A DNA stretch of 64,000 nt, from the NCBI GenBank assembly GCA_031409655.1, contig JANNXQ010000099.1:61257-125256 (forward strand), in the 5' to 3' direction. A model generated the notes under the pieces. It did not search any database. It was not told the DNA's origin and was given only the letters and a program-made list of their open reading frames with translations. A program made the translations under genes and the position numbers. Positions 9,878-17,819 of the stretch are shown here, one piece after another (positions within the stretch are counted from its first letter, which is position 1; each line of letters opens with the position of its first letter). Source of the DNA: Chthoniobacteraceae bacterium (GTDB lineage Bacteria; Verrucomicrobiota; Verrucomicrobiia; Chthoniobacterales; Chthoniobacteraceae).

Positions 9878-10420
9878 ATGCAAGACTTCGAGCAACTCGT
9901 CGATCGCTACTACACCGCGCTCTATCGCTTTGCGCTCAGCCTGGCGAAGAATGGTGCAGAGGCGTCTGATCTGACCCAGGAGACTTTCTACATGTGGGCC
10001 TCGAAAGGGCATCAGTTGCGCGATGTCTCGAAGGTGAAATCATGGCTCTTCACGACTCTCTACCGCGCCTACTTGAGCACCTACCGCCACGCCACAAAAT
10101 TCCCGCACGTCGAACTCGAAGACGCGGCAGCGGAGATGCCGAGCGTGGCGCCTTCGATCCTCGCGAGTCTCGATGGCACGACGGTCGTCGAAGCGCTCGC
10201 GCAGGTGGATGAAGTCTTCCGCGCGCCGCTCACGCTCTTCTACCTCGAGGAGCTGTCGTACAAGGAAATTGCGGACCTGCTCGAAGTGCCAATCGGCACG
10301 GTGATGTCGCGCCTTTCCCGGGGCAAAGCGCAGCTCCGCGAGTGTCTGCTCGTCGCGGGTGACGCGGGGAGTCGCAAGGTGATCCCGCTCGCCAATACCG
10401 GACGAGGAGGTGCCGCGTGA
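9878..10420 (+). CDS. ECF RNA polymerase sigma factor
   Basis: Region 2 (DLTQETF, KSWLF) and region 4.2 (LSYKEIADLLEVPIGTVMSRLSRG); 180 aa. Confidence 0.95.
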   Translation: MQDFEQLVDRYYTALYRFALSLAKNGAEASDLTQETFYMWASKGHQLRDVSKVKSWLFTTLYRAYLSTYRHATKFPHVELEDAAAEMPSVAPSILASLDGTTVVEALAQVDEVFRAPLTLFYLEELSYKEIADLLEVPIGTVMSRLSRGKAQLRECLLVAGDAGSRKVIPLANTGRGGAA

Positions 10421-11235
10421 ACGAAGACCCGAAACTCATCCTCGGCGCGTTTCGCCCAAGTGGCGCCGATGCGCATGATCCCGCCTTTGCCGAGGCGCTG
10501 GCGGCGGCGGAGCGCGATCCGCAGCTCGCCGCGTGGTTGCGTGAGGCGCAGGAATTTGACCGGGCCATCGCCGGCAAATTGCGCGCCGTCGAAGTGCCGC
10601 CGACGCTGCGGGCGAAGATCCTCGCCGGAGGTCGTGCGAGCCAGCGCCCGGCGTGGTGGCTGCAGCCAAAGGTCTGGGCGATCGCCGCGTTGCTGCTGCT
10701 GCTCGTCGGTGGGGCGTGGCGCTGGCTGGCGCCTGGCTCGGGACTCCCTGCCTGGCAGACGCAGGCCGTCGCGACGCTGGATGGCGTGGTCGGAGCGCGG
10801 GTGAAGCTCGACCGCGAATGGCCCGAACCCGAGAAGCTCGTAGCCTGGCTGCAGGAGCAGTCCGCGCCCGTCCTGCCCGCGCTGCCTGACGCGCTCGCCA
10901 GCCGGAAGGCGATCGGTTGCAAGACGTGGGACTGGCGCGGGCTGAAGTTTGGCATGGTCTGCCTGCACCTCGAGGGATCGGCCAGCGCGCATCTCGTCAC
11001 CACCTGGCACGGCGGGCTGAAAGGCGCGCCGCCGCTCGGGCAGATGATCTACGGGCAGGCGGGCCAGTGGAGCACCGCGACGTGGAGCGAAGGCGGCCTG
11101 GCCTGCATGCTTCTCACCGATGCTGGCGACGTGGAATTGCGGAAACTCGTGGCGGGGGCTCATGGTGCTGGGGCGCCCTCGCCCCGTTTTGTATCCACGG
11201 GGCGCGGGCGCCCCTACTCCTTGTCACGACCATGA
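10417..11235 (+). CDS. Putative single-pass anti-sigma factor
   Basis: GTGA overlap with the ECF stop; cytoplasmic helical N-terminus, one TM (WAIAALLLLLVGGAW), extracytoplasmic domain with two spaced Cys. Confidence 0.75.
   Translation: MNEDPKLILGAFRPSGADAHDPAFAEALAAAERDPQLAAWLREAQEFDRAIAGKLRAVEVPPTLRAKILAGGRASQRPAWWLQPKVWAIAALLLLLVGGAWRWLAPGSGLPAWQTQAVATLDGVVGARVKLDREWPEPEKLVAWLQEQSAPVLPALPDALASRKAIGCKTWDWRGLKFGMVCLHLEGSASAHLVTTWHGGLKGAPPLGQMIYGQAGQWSTATWSEGGLACMLLTDAGDVELRKLVAGAHGAGAPSPRFVSTGRGRPYSLSRP
11170..11217. repeat. REP-like hairpin, family C, inside the 3' end of the anti-sigma ORF
   Basis: GGGGCGCCCTCGCCCCGT / ACGGGGCGCGGGCGCCCC followed by TAC; related copy at 59818. Confidence 0.75.
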
Positions 11236-13631
11236 ACTCACTCTACGCACGCTACGCCCAATGGCTCCACAACGGCTGGCCCGCTGGCGGTGTCGAGAAG
11301 CTGCCGGAGTGCGACGAGCATGGACGCACCAGCGTGCCCGGAATCCGCATCGTCGGTGATCTCACGGGGATTCCGCTGCTCAAGTTTTCGTCGGACTCCG
11401 GCGCGCGGGCGGTGCGGGAAATCGCGGCGCAGCTTGGAGGGACACGCTCCGTCGTGTCCCAAATCAAGGACACGACGGAGCGTGTCCCTCCAGGGGTCCT
11501 CGATCTCGCGATCATCGGCGCGGGCGTCTCTGGGGTGTCGGCGGCGATCGAGGCGCGGAAGGCCGGGCTGAATTTCACGCTCTTCGAAGCAGCCGAGATT
11601 TTCTCGACCGTCGTCAATTTTCCCAAGGGCAAACCGATCTACACCTACCCGACGGAGATGAAGCTGGAGGGTGGGCTGCAATTCACCGCAAACGTGAAGG
11701 AGGCGCTCGTCGCCGAGATGGAGGCGCAGCGCCAAGCCGCGGGCATCGAGATCATGCCGGCGCGCATTGAGCGGCTGGAGCGAGCGGGCGATGAGATCGT
11801 GCTCCATCACGCGGACAAGACGACGACCCGGGCGCGGCAGGTGATCGTGGCCATCGGGCGGAGTGGAAATTTCCGCAAGCTCGGCGTGCCTGGCGAGGAT
11901 CTCGACAAGGTGTACAATCGGCTCCACGACCCGAAGGAATTTGGCGGCAGGAATGTGCTCGTGGTCGGCGGCGGGGACTCGGCGATCGAGACGGCGATCG
12001 CCCTCGGAGCCTGCGGCGCGCACGTCACGCTCAGCTATCGGAAAAAGGAATTTGCGCGGCCCAAGCCGGAGAATGTGGAGAAACTCCAGGCGCTCGAAGC
12101 GAATGCCGACCATCCCGTCCAGATCGTCCGCCCGTCCAGCGAGCGCGTGAATGCGGTGGTCACGCACGCGATGCAAAAGTCCACGCCGACCGGTTCGGTG
12201 AAGACGATGCTCGGCTCCGAGATCGTGAGCATCACCCCGGATGCCGTGACGCTGCGCGCCGCGGACGGTGCCACCGCGGCCCTCCCGAACGACGTCGTCT
12301 TTACCATGATCGGCCGCGAGGCCCCGCTCGATTTCTTCCGCCGCAGCGGCCTCGCGATCCGCGGCGAATGGACGCCGAAAACCTGGACGAGTTTCATCCT
12401 CTTCGGCCTCTTTTGCATCTTCCTTTACCACTGGAAAGCGGGCGGCGGACACGTCCTCTACGACGCCTTCAAGACGCACCACTGGTTCCCTTTTAATATC
12501 CCCGACTGGCTCCCGTCGCTCTCCGCCAGCGCCAGCAATCCGGCGACGATCCTCGGTACGCTCAAGGACGCGCTGGGCTCGCCGAGCTTCTACTACTCGC
12601 TGGTCTATTGCGGGCTCATCGTCGTCTTCGGCCTGAAGCGCATCGCCCGGCGGAAGACGCCCTACGTCACCGCGCAGACGCTTTCGCTTATGGCCGTGCA
12701 GGTCGTGCCGCTCTTCCTCCTGCCGTATTTCGTGCTGCCGTGGCTGGGCGCGAATGGCTGGTTCGACGCTGGCTTCGGCCAGGGATTTGCGGATCAATTT
12801 TTCCCCGTGGAATACGGCGCGCGCACCTACTGGCGCTCGTTCGGCTTCATCCTCGCGTGGCCGCTTTTCATCTGGAATCTTTTCACCGATCACCCGACCA
12901 CTGGCTGGCTGGTCCTCGGCTTCGTGCAGACCTTTGTCATCATCCCGCTGATCGTCTGGCGCTGGGGAAAAGGTGCGTATTGCGGCTGGATCTGTTCGTG
13001 CGGCGCGCTCGCCGAGACGCTCGGCGACACCCAGCGGCACAAGATGCCGCACGGCCCGCGCGCGAATCGCTGGAACATGACCGGGCAGATCATCCTCGGC
13101 GTCGCGATGGTCCTCCTTTTCCTCCGCATCCTCGGCTGGATCGCCACAGCGGTGCCGGCGCTCGGCTTCCTCGGTTTTGGGAATGTCATCTACTACGGCT
13201 TGCTCGGCGGCTTTGCGCAGAGCGGACCGCTGAGCTGGTTCTCGTATCGCTACATCGTCGATCTCTGGCTCGCGGGTGTGATGGGAGTCGCGGCGTACTT
13301 CTGGTTCAGCGGGCGCGTGTGGTGCCGCTTTGCCTGTCCACTCGCGGCGCTCATGCACATCTACGCGCGCTTTTCCCGCTACCGGATTTTCCCGGAGAAG
13401 AAGAAGTGCATCTCCTGCAATGTCTGCACCAGCGTCTGCCACCAGGGCATCGACGTGATGAACTTCGCGAACAAAGGGATGCCGATGGAAGATCCTGAAT
13501 GCGTGCGCTGCTCGGCCTGTGTGCAGCAGTGCCCGACGGGCGTGCTTGCCTTTGGCCGCCTGGGCGAAGATGGCGTGCCGATCCTTGATCGCCTCGGCGC
13601 CTCGCCGGTGCGGATGCGCGAAGGGAAATGA
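11232..13631 (+). CDS. FAD/NAD(P)-dependent oxidoreductase (TrxB/YpdA-like) fused to a NapH/MauN-type membrane 4Fe-4S domain
   Basis: IIGAGVSG, VAIGRSG, VVGGGDSA; TM region; CGWICSCG, CRFACP; two ferredoxin motifs CISCNVCTSVC and CVRCSACVQQCP; ATGA overlap with the upstream gene. Confidence 0.88.
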   Translation: MNSLYARYAQWLHNGWPAGGVEKLPECDEHGRTSVPGIRIVGDLTGIPLLKFSSDSGARAVREIAAQLGGTRSVVSQIKDTTERVPPGVLDLAIIGAGVSGVSAAIEARKAGLNFTLFEAAEIFSTVVNFPKGKPIYTYPTEMKLEGGLQFTANVKEALVAEMEAQRQAAGIEIMPARIERLERAGDEIVLHHADKTTTRARQVIVAIGRSGNFRKLGVPGEDLDKVYNRLHDPKEFGGRNVLVVGGGDSAIETAIALGACGAHVTLSYRKKEFARPKPENVEKLQALEANADHPVQIVRPSSERVNAVVTHAMQKSTPTGSVKTMLGSEIVSITPDAVTLRAADGATAALPNDVVFTMIGREAPLDFFRRSGLAIRGEWTPKTWTSFILFGLFCIFLYHWKAGGGHVLYDAFKTHHWFPFNIPDWLPSLSASASNPATILGTLKDALGSPSFYYSLVYCGLIVVFGLKRIARRKTPYVTAQTLSLMAVQVVPLFLLPYFVLPWLGANGWFDAGFGQGFADQFFPVEYGARTYWRSFGFILAWPLFIWNLFTDHPTTGWLVLGFVQTFVIIPLIVWRWGKGAYCGWICSCGALAETLGDTQRHKMPHGPRANRWNMTGQIILGVAMVLLFLRILGWIATAVPALGFLGFGNVIYYGLLGGFAQSGPLSWFSYRYIVDLWLAGVMGVAAYFWFSGRVWCRFACPLAALMHIYARFSRYRIFPEKKKCISCNVCTSVCHQGIDVMNFANKGMPMEDPECVRCSACVQQCPTGVLAFGRLGEDGVPILDRLGASPVRMREGK
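11435..11492. repeat. REP-like palindrome, family D, in frame within a CDS
   Basis: Perfect 25-bp inverted repeat TGGAGGGACACGCTCCGTCGTGTCC with an 8-nt loop. Confidence 0.9.
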
Positions 13632-13643
13632 CCGAGATTGGGA

Positions 13644-13735
13644 AAACGCCAAACTTCAAACGCCAAACATTAAACGCCAAAGGAAGAGATGGCCGCCTTT
13701 GGCGTTTAGTGTTTGGCGTTTGAAGTTTGGCGTTT
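13644..13735. repeat. Hairpin of tandem heptamers (AAACGCC/AAACTTC family)
   Basis: 40-bp arms (13644-13683 / 13696-13735) with one mismatch, each made of five AAACNNN units. Confidence 0.92.
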
Positions 13736-13824
13736 CTCCGCGATCGAAGCTCCACACTGATTTGCCCGCGCCGACGATTCGCCTCTTGACCTTCTTCGCT
13801 CCGGCGAAAACCTTCCGCCCCGCA

Positions 13825-16419
13825 ATGGCGAGCTCCGCACGGCCTCACATCAGCAGTCCGAACGACCAGCCCGCACGCTGGCACGAAGTCCACCTCGCGG
13901 ACGGTTTGCCGCGCCCGCAATACGAAAAGCTGCTCAGCGATTTTGCCGATCTCGGCCAGCCGGAGATGCGCGCGCTCGGTGAGCGCATGGAGGCCACGCT
14001 CCGCGAGATGGGCGTGACTTTCGACATCATCCGCAATGACCCGTGGGGGCGGCAGCCGTGGACTTGCGATCTGCTCCCGCAAATCTTTGAGTCCCAGGAT
14101 TGGAGGCGGATCGTGGAGGGTTTTCGACAACGGTTGCGGGCCTTCGAGAGCTTCCTCGACGACGTCTATGGCCCGCGGGAAATCCTGCGCGCGGGCGCCG
14201 TGCCCATCCAGGTCGTGCTCGGCAGTGCGCACTATCAAAATGCGGTGGTCGGCGTGCCCCGCCCGCGCGGTGCCTTTCTGCACCTTTGCGGCATGTGCGT
14301 GACGCGCGACCAAGCGGGTCTGTGGAAGGTGAAAAATCACCACTTCAGCCACGCCGCCGGGATCAGCTACATGATGCAAAATCGCCGGGCGCTGGCGCGG
14401 GTGGTGCCGGAGATTTTCCAGGATGCGCCGGTGCAATCGCTCGCCGAACTGCCGCTCGCGATCCTCGAACGCCTGCGCGAAACTGCGGCCCCTTTTGGCG
14501 GCGATCCGACGGTGGTGCTGCTCTCACCCGGGCCGCAGACCGCGGTGGCTTCAGAGTTGAGCTTCCTCGCCCGCCGCATGGGGATCCCGGTGGTGGAAGG
14601 TGGCGATCTGCTCGTGCTCAACGACTGCGTGTACCTCAAGACCGTGCGCGGGCTCGAGCGCGTGGAGGTCATTTACAATCGCATCGCTGACGCCTGGCTG
14701 GATCCGCTGGTCTTCCGCTCCGATTCGATCCTCGGCGTGCCGGGCCTCGTGCATTGCTTGCGCAAGGGCACCGTGGCGCTGGTCAATGCCGTCGGCTCCC
14801 AACTCGCGGACGATCGCAGTCTGCTGGCCTTCGCCCCGCAGATCATCCGCTTTTATCTCAATGAATCGCCGATCCTCCCCTCCGTGCCGACGCACTGGCT
14901 CGGGGACATCGATCAGCGCGAACTCGTGCTGGAAAATCTGCACGCCTGGCGCGTGCTGCCCTTGGGGCGGGACAATCGCTCGGCCTCCTGGCAGCGCGAA
15001 AAGCCGAGCGACGAGGCCACCCTCAGCGCGGAGATTCGGAAGACGCCTGGTCGCTTCGTCGCGCAGCGGCGGGATGAAGGCGTGCGCACGCTGTGCTTCG
15101 AAGGCGGGCGGCGCGTCGATCACGAGCAGGATCACATCGTCTATGCGCTGCGCGCCGGGGCGGAGTTCGACGTCTTCGCTGGGGCGCTCACGCGCGTGCA
15201 TTCGCGGGGCGAGGTGCATGGGGACTTTGGCTTCGGCTGGACGAGCAAGGACTCGTGGGTTCCCGAGATCGACGCCATCGCGCCGCTGATCCCGCATTTG
15301 CCCCGGCGGGCGCCGGAACTGGCGGTCGCGTCGCGGCAGGTCACGAGCCGAGTCGCGGAATCCTTCTACTGGCTCGGGCGGTATCTCGAGCGCGCCCATC
15401 ATCAGGCCTACCTCATCGGCACCATCGAGACGCTCGAGACCGAGGAGCTGAACACGGCGGAGCGGAAGCTCTATCGCCCGATGTGGAATCGCCTCCTGCC
15501 GCCGCTGGAGAAGACCGCGGGGACGAGTCGCCGCAGCATCGCCAATCGCCGCGATCGCTACCGGCTGGTGCTCGCTCCCGAGCCCGGTTCGGTGCTCTCC
15601 ACCTTTCAGCGCGGGATGTTTAACGCCGAGAATATGCAGGACTCGCTGAGCCCGGAGGCGTGGTCCACGCTCACGGAGCTGCGGATCCGTTTTCAGCGGG
15701 CGAAGTATCGCGAGGATCTCGCGGAAGCCGGTGCGGTGCGACTCACCCGCCGGCTCAGCGAAGCTGCCACCCGGCTCATCCCGCAATTTTTCGCGACCGC
15801 GCAAAATACGATGCTCGCGGACGATGGCTGGCGCTTCTGCGAGATCGGCCAATTCCTCGAGCGCGCCACGATCACCGCGAATTCCATCGTCGCGATCGGC
15901 AAGGCCTTCGCCGCGCAATCCAGTGGCGACGGCTCCGCGCAGGCCAGTGAGATCGAGCTGAGCGCCTTTCTGCGCCTGCTGGCCTCCCGCGACGCGTATC
16001 GCCGGATCTTCCAAATGCGCGCCGAGCCGCTCCACGTGCTCGAGCTGCTCTGGCAGCATCCGCAGGTGCCGCGTTCCGTGCTGCGCTGCCTGCAGGAGTG
16101 TGCCGCTCGGCTGCGCGAAAGTGTTTCGCCAGAGTTGCTCCAGGGCGCCGGCGCGGTGGGGGCGATCGATGCCCTCATCCACCGGATCAAACGCATCGAC
16201 TGGCAGGCCTACGTGAGCCCTGCGCTCGACGAGGACAGCCTCGGTGAGACCGCGGAAAGCTCCCCGTTGCACCCTCAGCTCCGGCCCGAAGATCTCGATC
16301 CGCTCTTGCAAAAACTCCTCGAGGGCACACTCGAGGTACACACGATGATCGCGGACAGCTTTCTCAACCATCAAGCCCACATCGCCGAGGTGAGCCAGCC
16401 GCTCCTGCGCGGATTTTGA
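13825..16419 (+). CDS. Circularly permuted type 2 ATP-grasp protein fused to an alpha-E domain
   Basis: QRLRAFESFLDDVYG, GISYMMQNR, VYLKTVRGLERVEVIYNR, LGVPGL, SKDSWV; alpha-E motifs SRVAESFYWLGRYLERA and GQFLERA. Confidence 0.88.
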   Translation: MASSARPHISSPNDQPARWHEVHLADGLPRPQYEKLLSDFADLGQPEMRALGERMEATLREMGVTFDIIRNDPWGRQPWTCDLLPQIFESQDWRRIVEGFRQRLRAFESFLDDVYGPREILRAGAVPIQVVLGSAHYQNAVVGVPRPRGAFLHLCGMCVTRDQAGLWKVKNHHFSHAAGISYMMQNRRALARVVPEIFQDAPVQSLAELPLAILERLRETAAPFGGDPTVVLLSPGPQTAVASELSFLARRMGIPVVEGGDLLVLNDCVYLKTVRGLERVEVIYNRIADAWLDPLVFRSDSILGVPGLVHCLRKGTVALVNAVGSQLADDRSLLAFAPQIIRFYLNESPILPSVPTHWLGDIDQRELVLENLHAWRVLPLGRDNRSASWQREKPSDEATLSAEIRKTPGRFVAQRRDEGVRTLCFEGGRRVDHEQDHIVYALRAGAEFDVFAGALTRVHSRGEVHGDFGFGWTSKDSWVPEIDAIAPLIPHLPRRAPELAVASRQVTSRVAESFYWLGRYLERAHHQAYLIGTIETLETEELNTAERKLYRPMWNRLLPPLEKTAGTSRRSIANRRDRYRLVLAPEPGSVLSTFQRGMFNAENMQDSLSPEAWSTLTELRIRFQRAKYREDLAEAGAVRLTRRLSEAATRLIPQFFATAQNTMLADDGWRFCEIGQFLERATITANSIVAIGKAFAAQSSGDGSAQASEIELSAFLRLLASRDAYRRIFQMRAEPLHVLELLWQHPQVPRSVLRCLQECAARLRESVSPELLQGAGAVGAIDALIHRIKRIDWQAYVSPALDEDSLGETAESSPLHPQLRPEDLDPLLQKLLEGTLEVHTMIADSFLNHQAHIAEVSQPLLRGF

Positions 16420-16443
16420 GTCGCGGAATCTCCGCGCCGCGTC

Positions 16444-17115
16444 TCAGCTTTCCACCTTCGGCACCGCCGCCGGGGCCCGGCTGGCCAGCCAGCCACGCGC
16501 GATTTCAAAGACCGCCGGCAGGATCGAAAGAATGATGATCGCGAGGATCACGAGCTCGAAATTTTTCTTCACGAAGGGCACGTTGCCCAAGGCATAACCG
16601 AGATAGGTGAGCGAGACGACCCAGACGAACGCTCCGATGACGTTGTAGCTGAAAAATTTCGCGTAGCTCATCCGCCCGATGCCTGCGACGAACGGAGCGA
16701 AGGTGCGGACGATCGGCACGAAGCGCGCGATGATGATCGTTTTCGCGCCATACTTCTCGTAGAAGGCATGGGTGCGATCGAGATACTCCTTCTTGATGAA
16801 GCGATTCCCATTGCGCACGCGGTCGCCGAGGTAAGCGCCGATGTGGTAATTCACCGCGTCACCCAGGATGGCTGCGACGATCAGCAGGCCGACGACGATA
16901 TGCACATTCAATGAATCCGAAGCGGTCGCCGCCACCGCGCCGGCGGCGAAGAGCAGCGAGTCCCCGGGCAAGAACGGCGTGACGACCAGTCCCGTCTCGC
17001 AGAAGACGATCAGGAAAAGAATGGCATAGATCCACGGGCCGTATTCAGCCGCCCATACCGGGAGGGCTTCGTCGAGATGCAGGATCGAGTGTAGGAGGTT
17101 TTTCAGCCAGTCCAT
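16444..17115 (-). CDS. DedA family membrane protein
   Basis: FCETGLVVTPFLPGDSLLF, ARFVPIVRTFAPFVAG; ATG at 17115. Confidence 0.95.
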   Translation of the reverse strand: MDWLKNLLHSILHLDEALPVWAAEYGPWIYAILFLIVFCETGLVVTPFLPGDSLLFAAGAVAATASDSLNVHIVVGLLIVAAILGDAVNYHIGAYLGDRVRNGNRFIKKEYLDRTHAFYEKYGAKTIIIARFVPIVRTFAPFVAGIGRMSYAKFFSYNVIGAFVWVVSLTYLGYALGNVPFVKKNFELVILAIIILSILPAVFEIARGWLASRAPAAVPKVES

Positions 17116-17190
17116 GAGCCGCGGTTCAATGGCAGGCCCGGTGCGGTTGCGCAACGCAATTGTCCCGCGGCGGAAGGCGTCTTCCGGTCT

Positions 17191-17313
17191 TCACCACGCG
17201 ATCCAGCGGTACAAAAGAGCGATGGCGAGCGCGCCCGCGGCGAGTTCCAAAACGGTCTGCACGCCGATGGAGTGAAGATCGACTTTTGGGAGATGAAGAT
17301 GGGGGCGTTTCAT
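17191..17313 (-). CDS. Small (40 aa) putative membrane protein, below the ORF-track cutoff
   Basis: MKRPHLHLPKVDLHSIGVQTVLELAAGALAIALLYRWIAW*; hydrophobic C-terminal helix; sigma54-type promoter 15 nt upstream. Confidence 0.65.
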   Translation of the reverse strand: MKRPHLHLPKVDLHSIGVQTVLELAAGALAIALLYRWIAW

Positions 17314-17328
17314 GGCCCGTTTCGACAT

Positions 17329-17344
17329 AGCAACGCCCATGCCT
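17329..17344 (-). promoter_or_regulatory. Sigma54 (-24/-12) promoter
   Basis: Minus strand reads AGGCAT-GGGCG-TTGCT (GG-N10-GC). Confidence 0.65.
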
Positions 17345-17427
17345 GGACCGGCCTGCTCGTGAAGATAAAAAGAGACCCGTGCGGGCTCCTCGTGAACTTC
17401 ATCTCCGCCGCGCGGAGCGACGAAAAA

Positions 17428-17709
17428 CTAAACCACCTCGGCTTCGTCCGGGAATCCGTGATCGCCCCGGATCGAGTTCAGCCGCCGCCGGGCACCGCGC
17501 GCGGACTCGGGACCATTGAGCGAACGCACGACCATGCCGACCACCACCGGCAGCGCCAGCAGCGCGCCGACGGAAATCATCGTCGCCGCCGTCGTCTTTT
17601 GCGCGGGGCGGCCGAGTTTGCCGGCGATCAGCAGCCCGATGCCGCAGCCCACGGCGGTCTGGGTGACTGCGAGGAGACTCGTTTGGAGAGGATCGGAGGA
17701 CTTGGGCAT
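17428..17709 (-). CDS. Small hypothetical membrane protein (93 aa, two hydrophobic segments)
   Basis: MPKSSDPLQTSLLAVTQTAVGCGIGLLIAG...; sigma54-type promoter just upstream. Confidence 0.72.
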   Translation of the reverse strand: MPKSSDPLQTSLLAVTQTAVGCGIGLLIAGKLGRPAQKTTAATMISVGALLALPVVVGMVVRSLNGPESARGARRRLNSIRGDHGFPDEAEVV

Positions 17710-17722
17710 GGGGTTGGAAGTA

Positions 17723-17738
17723 TGCAAGCGCGGTGCCA
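17723..17738 (-). promoter_or_regulatory. Sigma54 (-24/-12) promoter
   Basis: Minus strand reads TGGCAC-CGCGC-TTGCA, a full match to TGGCAC-N5-TTGCW. Confidence 0.8.
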
Positions 17739-17819
17739 AAAAAGAAACTCGAAAGTCGGGAGGCGGGAGTGCTCAGTGGTCTGCTACCGCCAGGCCGCCC
17801 GTTCCGCTTTTCCCACTCC

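Noticed and set aside
11238..13652. Long antisense and alternate-frame ORFs (for example 804 aa here, 609 aa at 14551, 529 aa at 55287)
   Set aside because: Shadow ORFs typical of high-GC DNA; they overlap well-supported genes and carry no family motifs.
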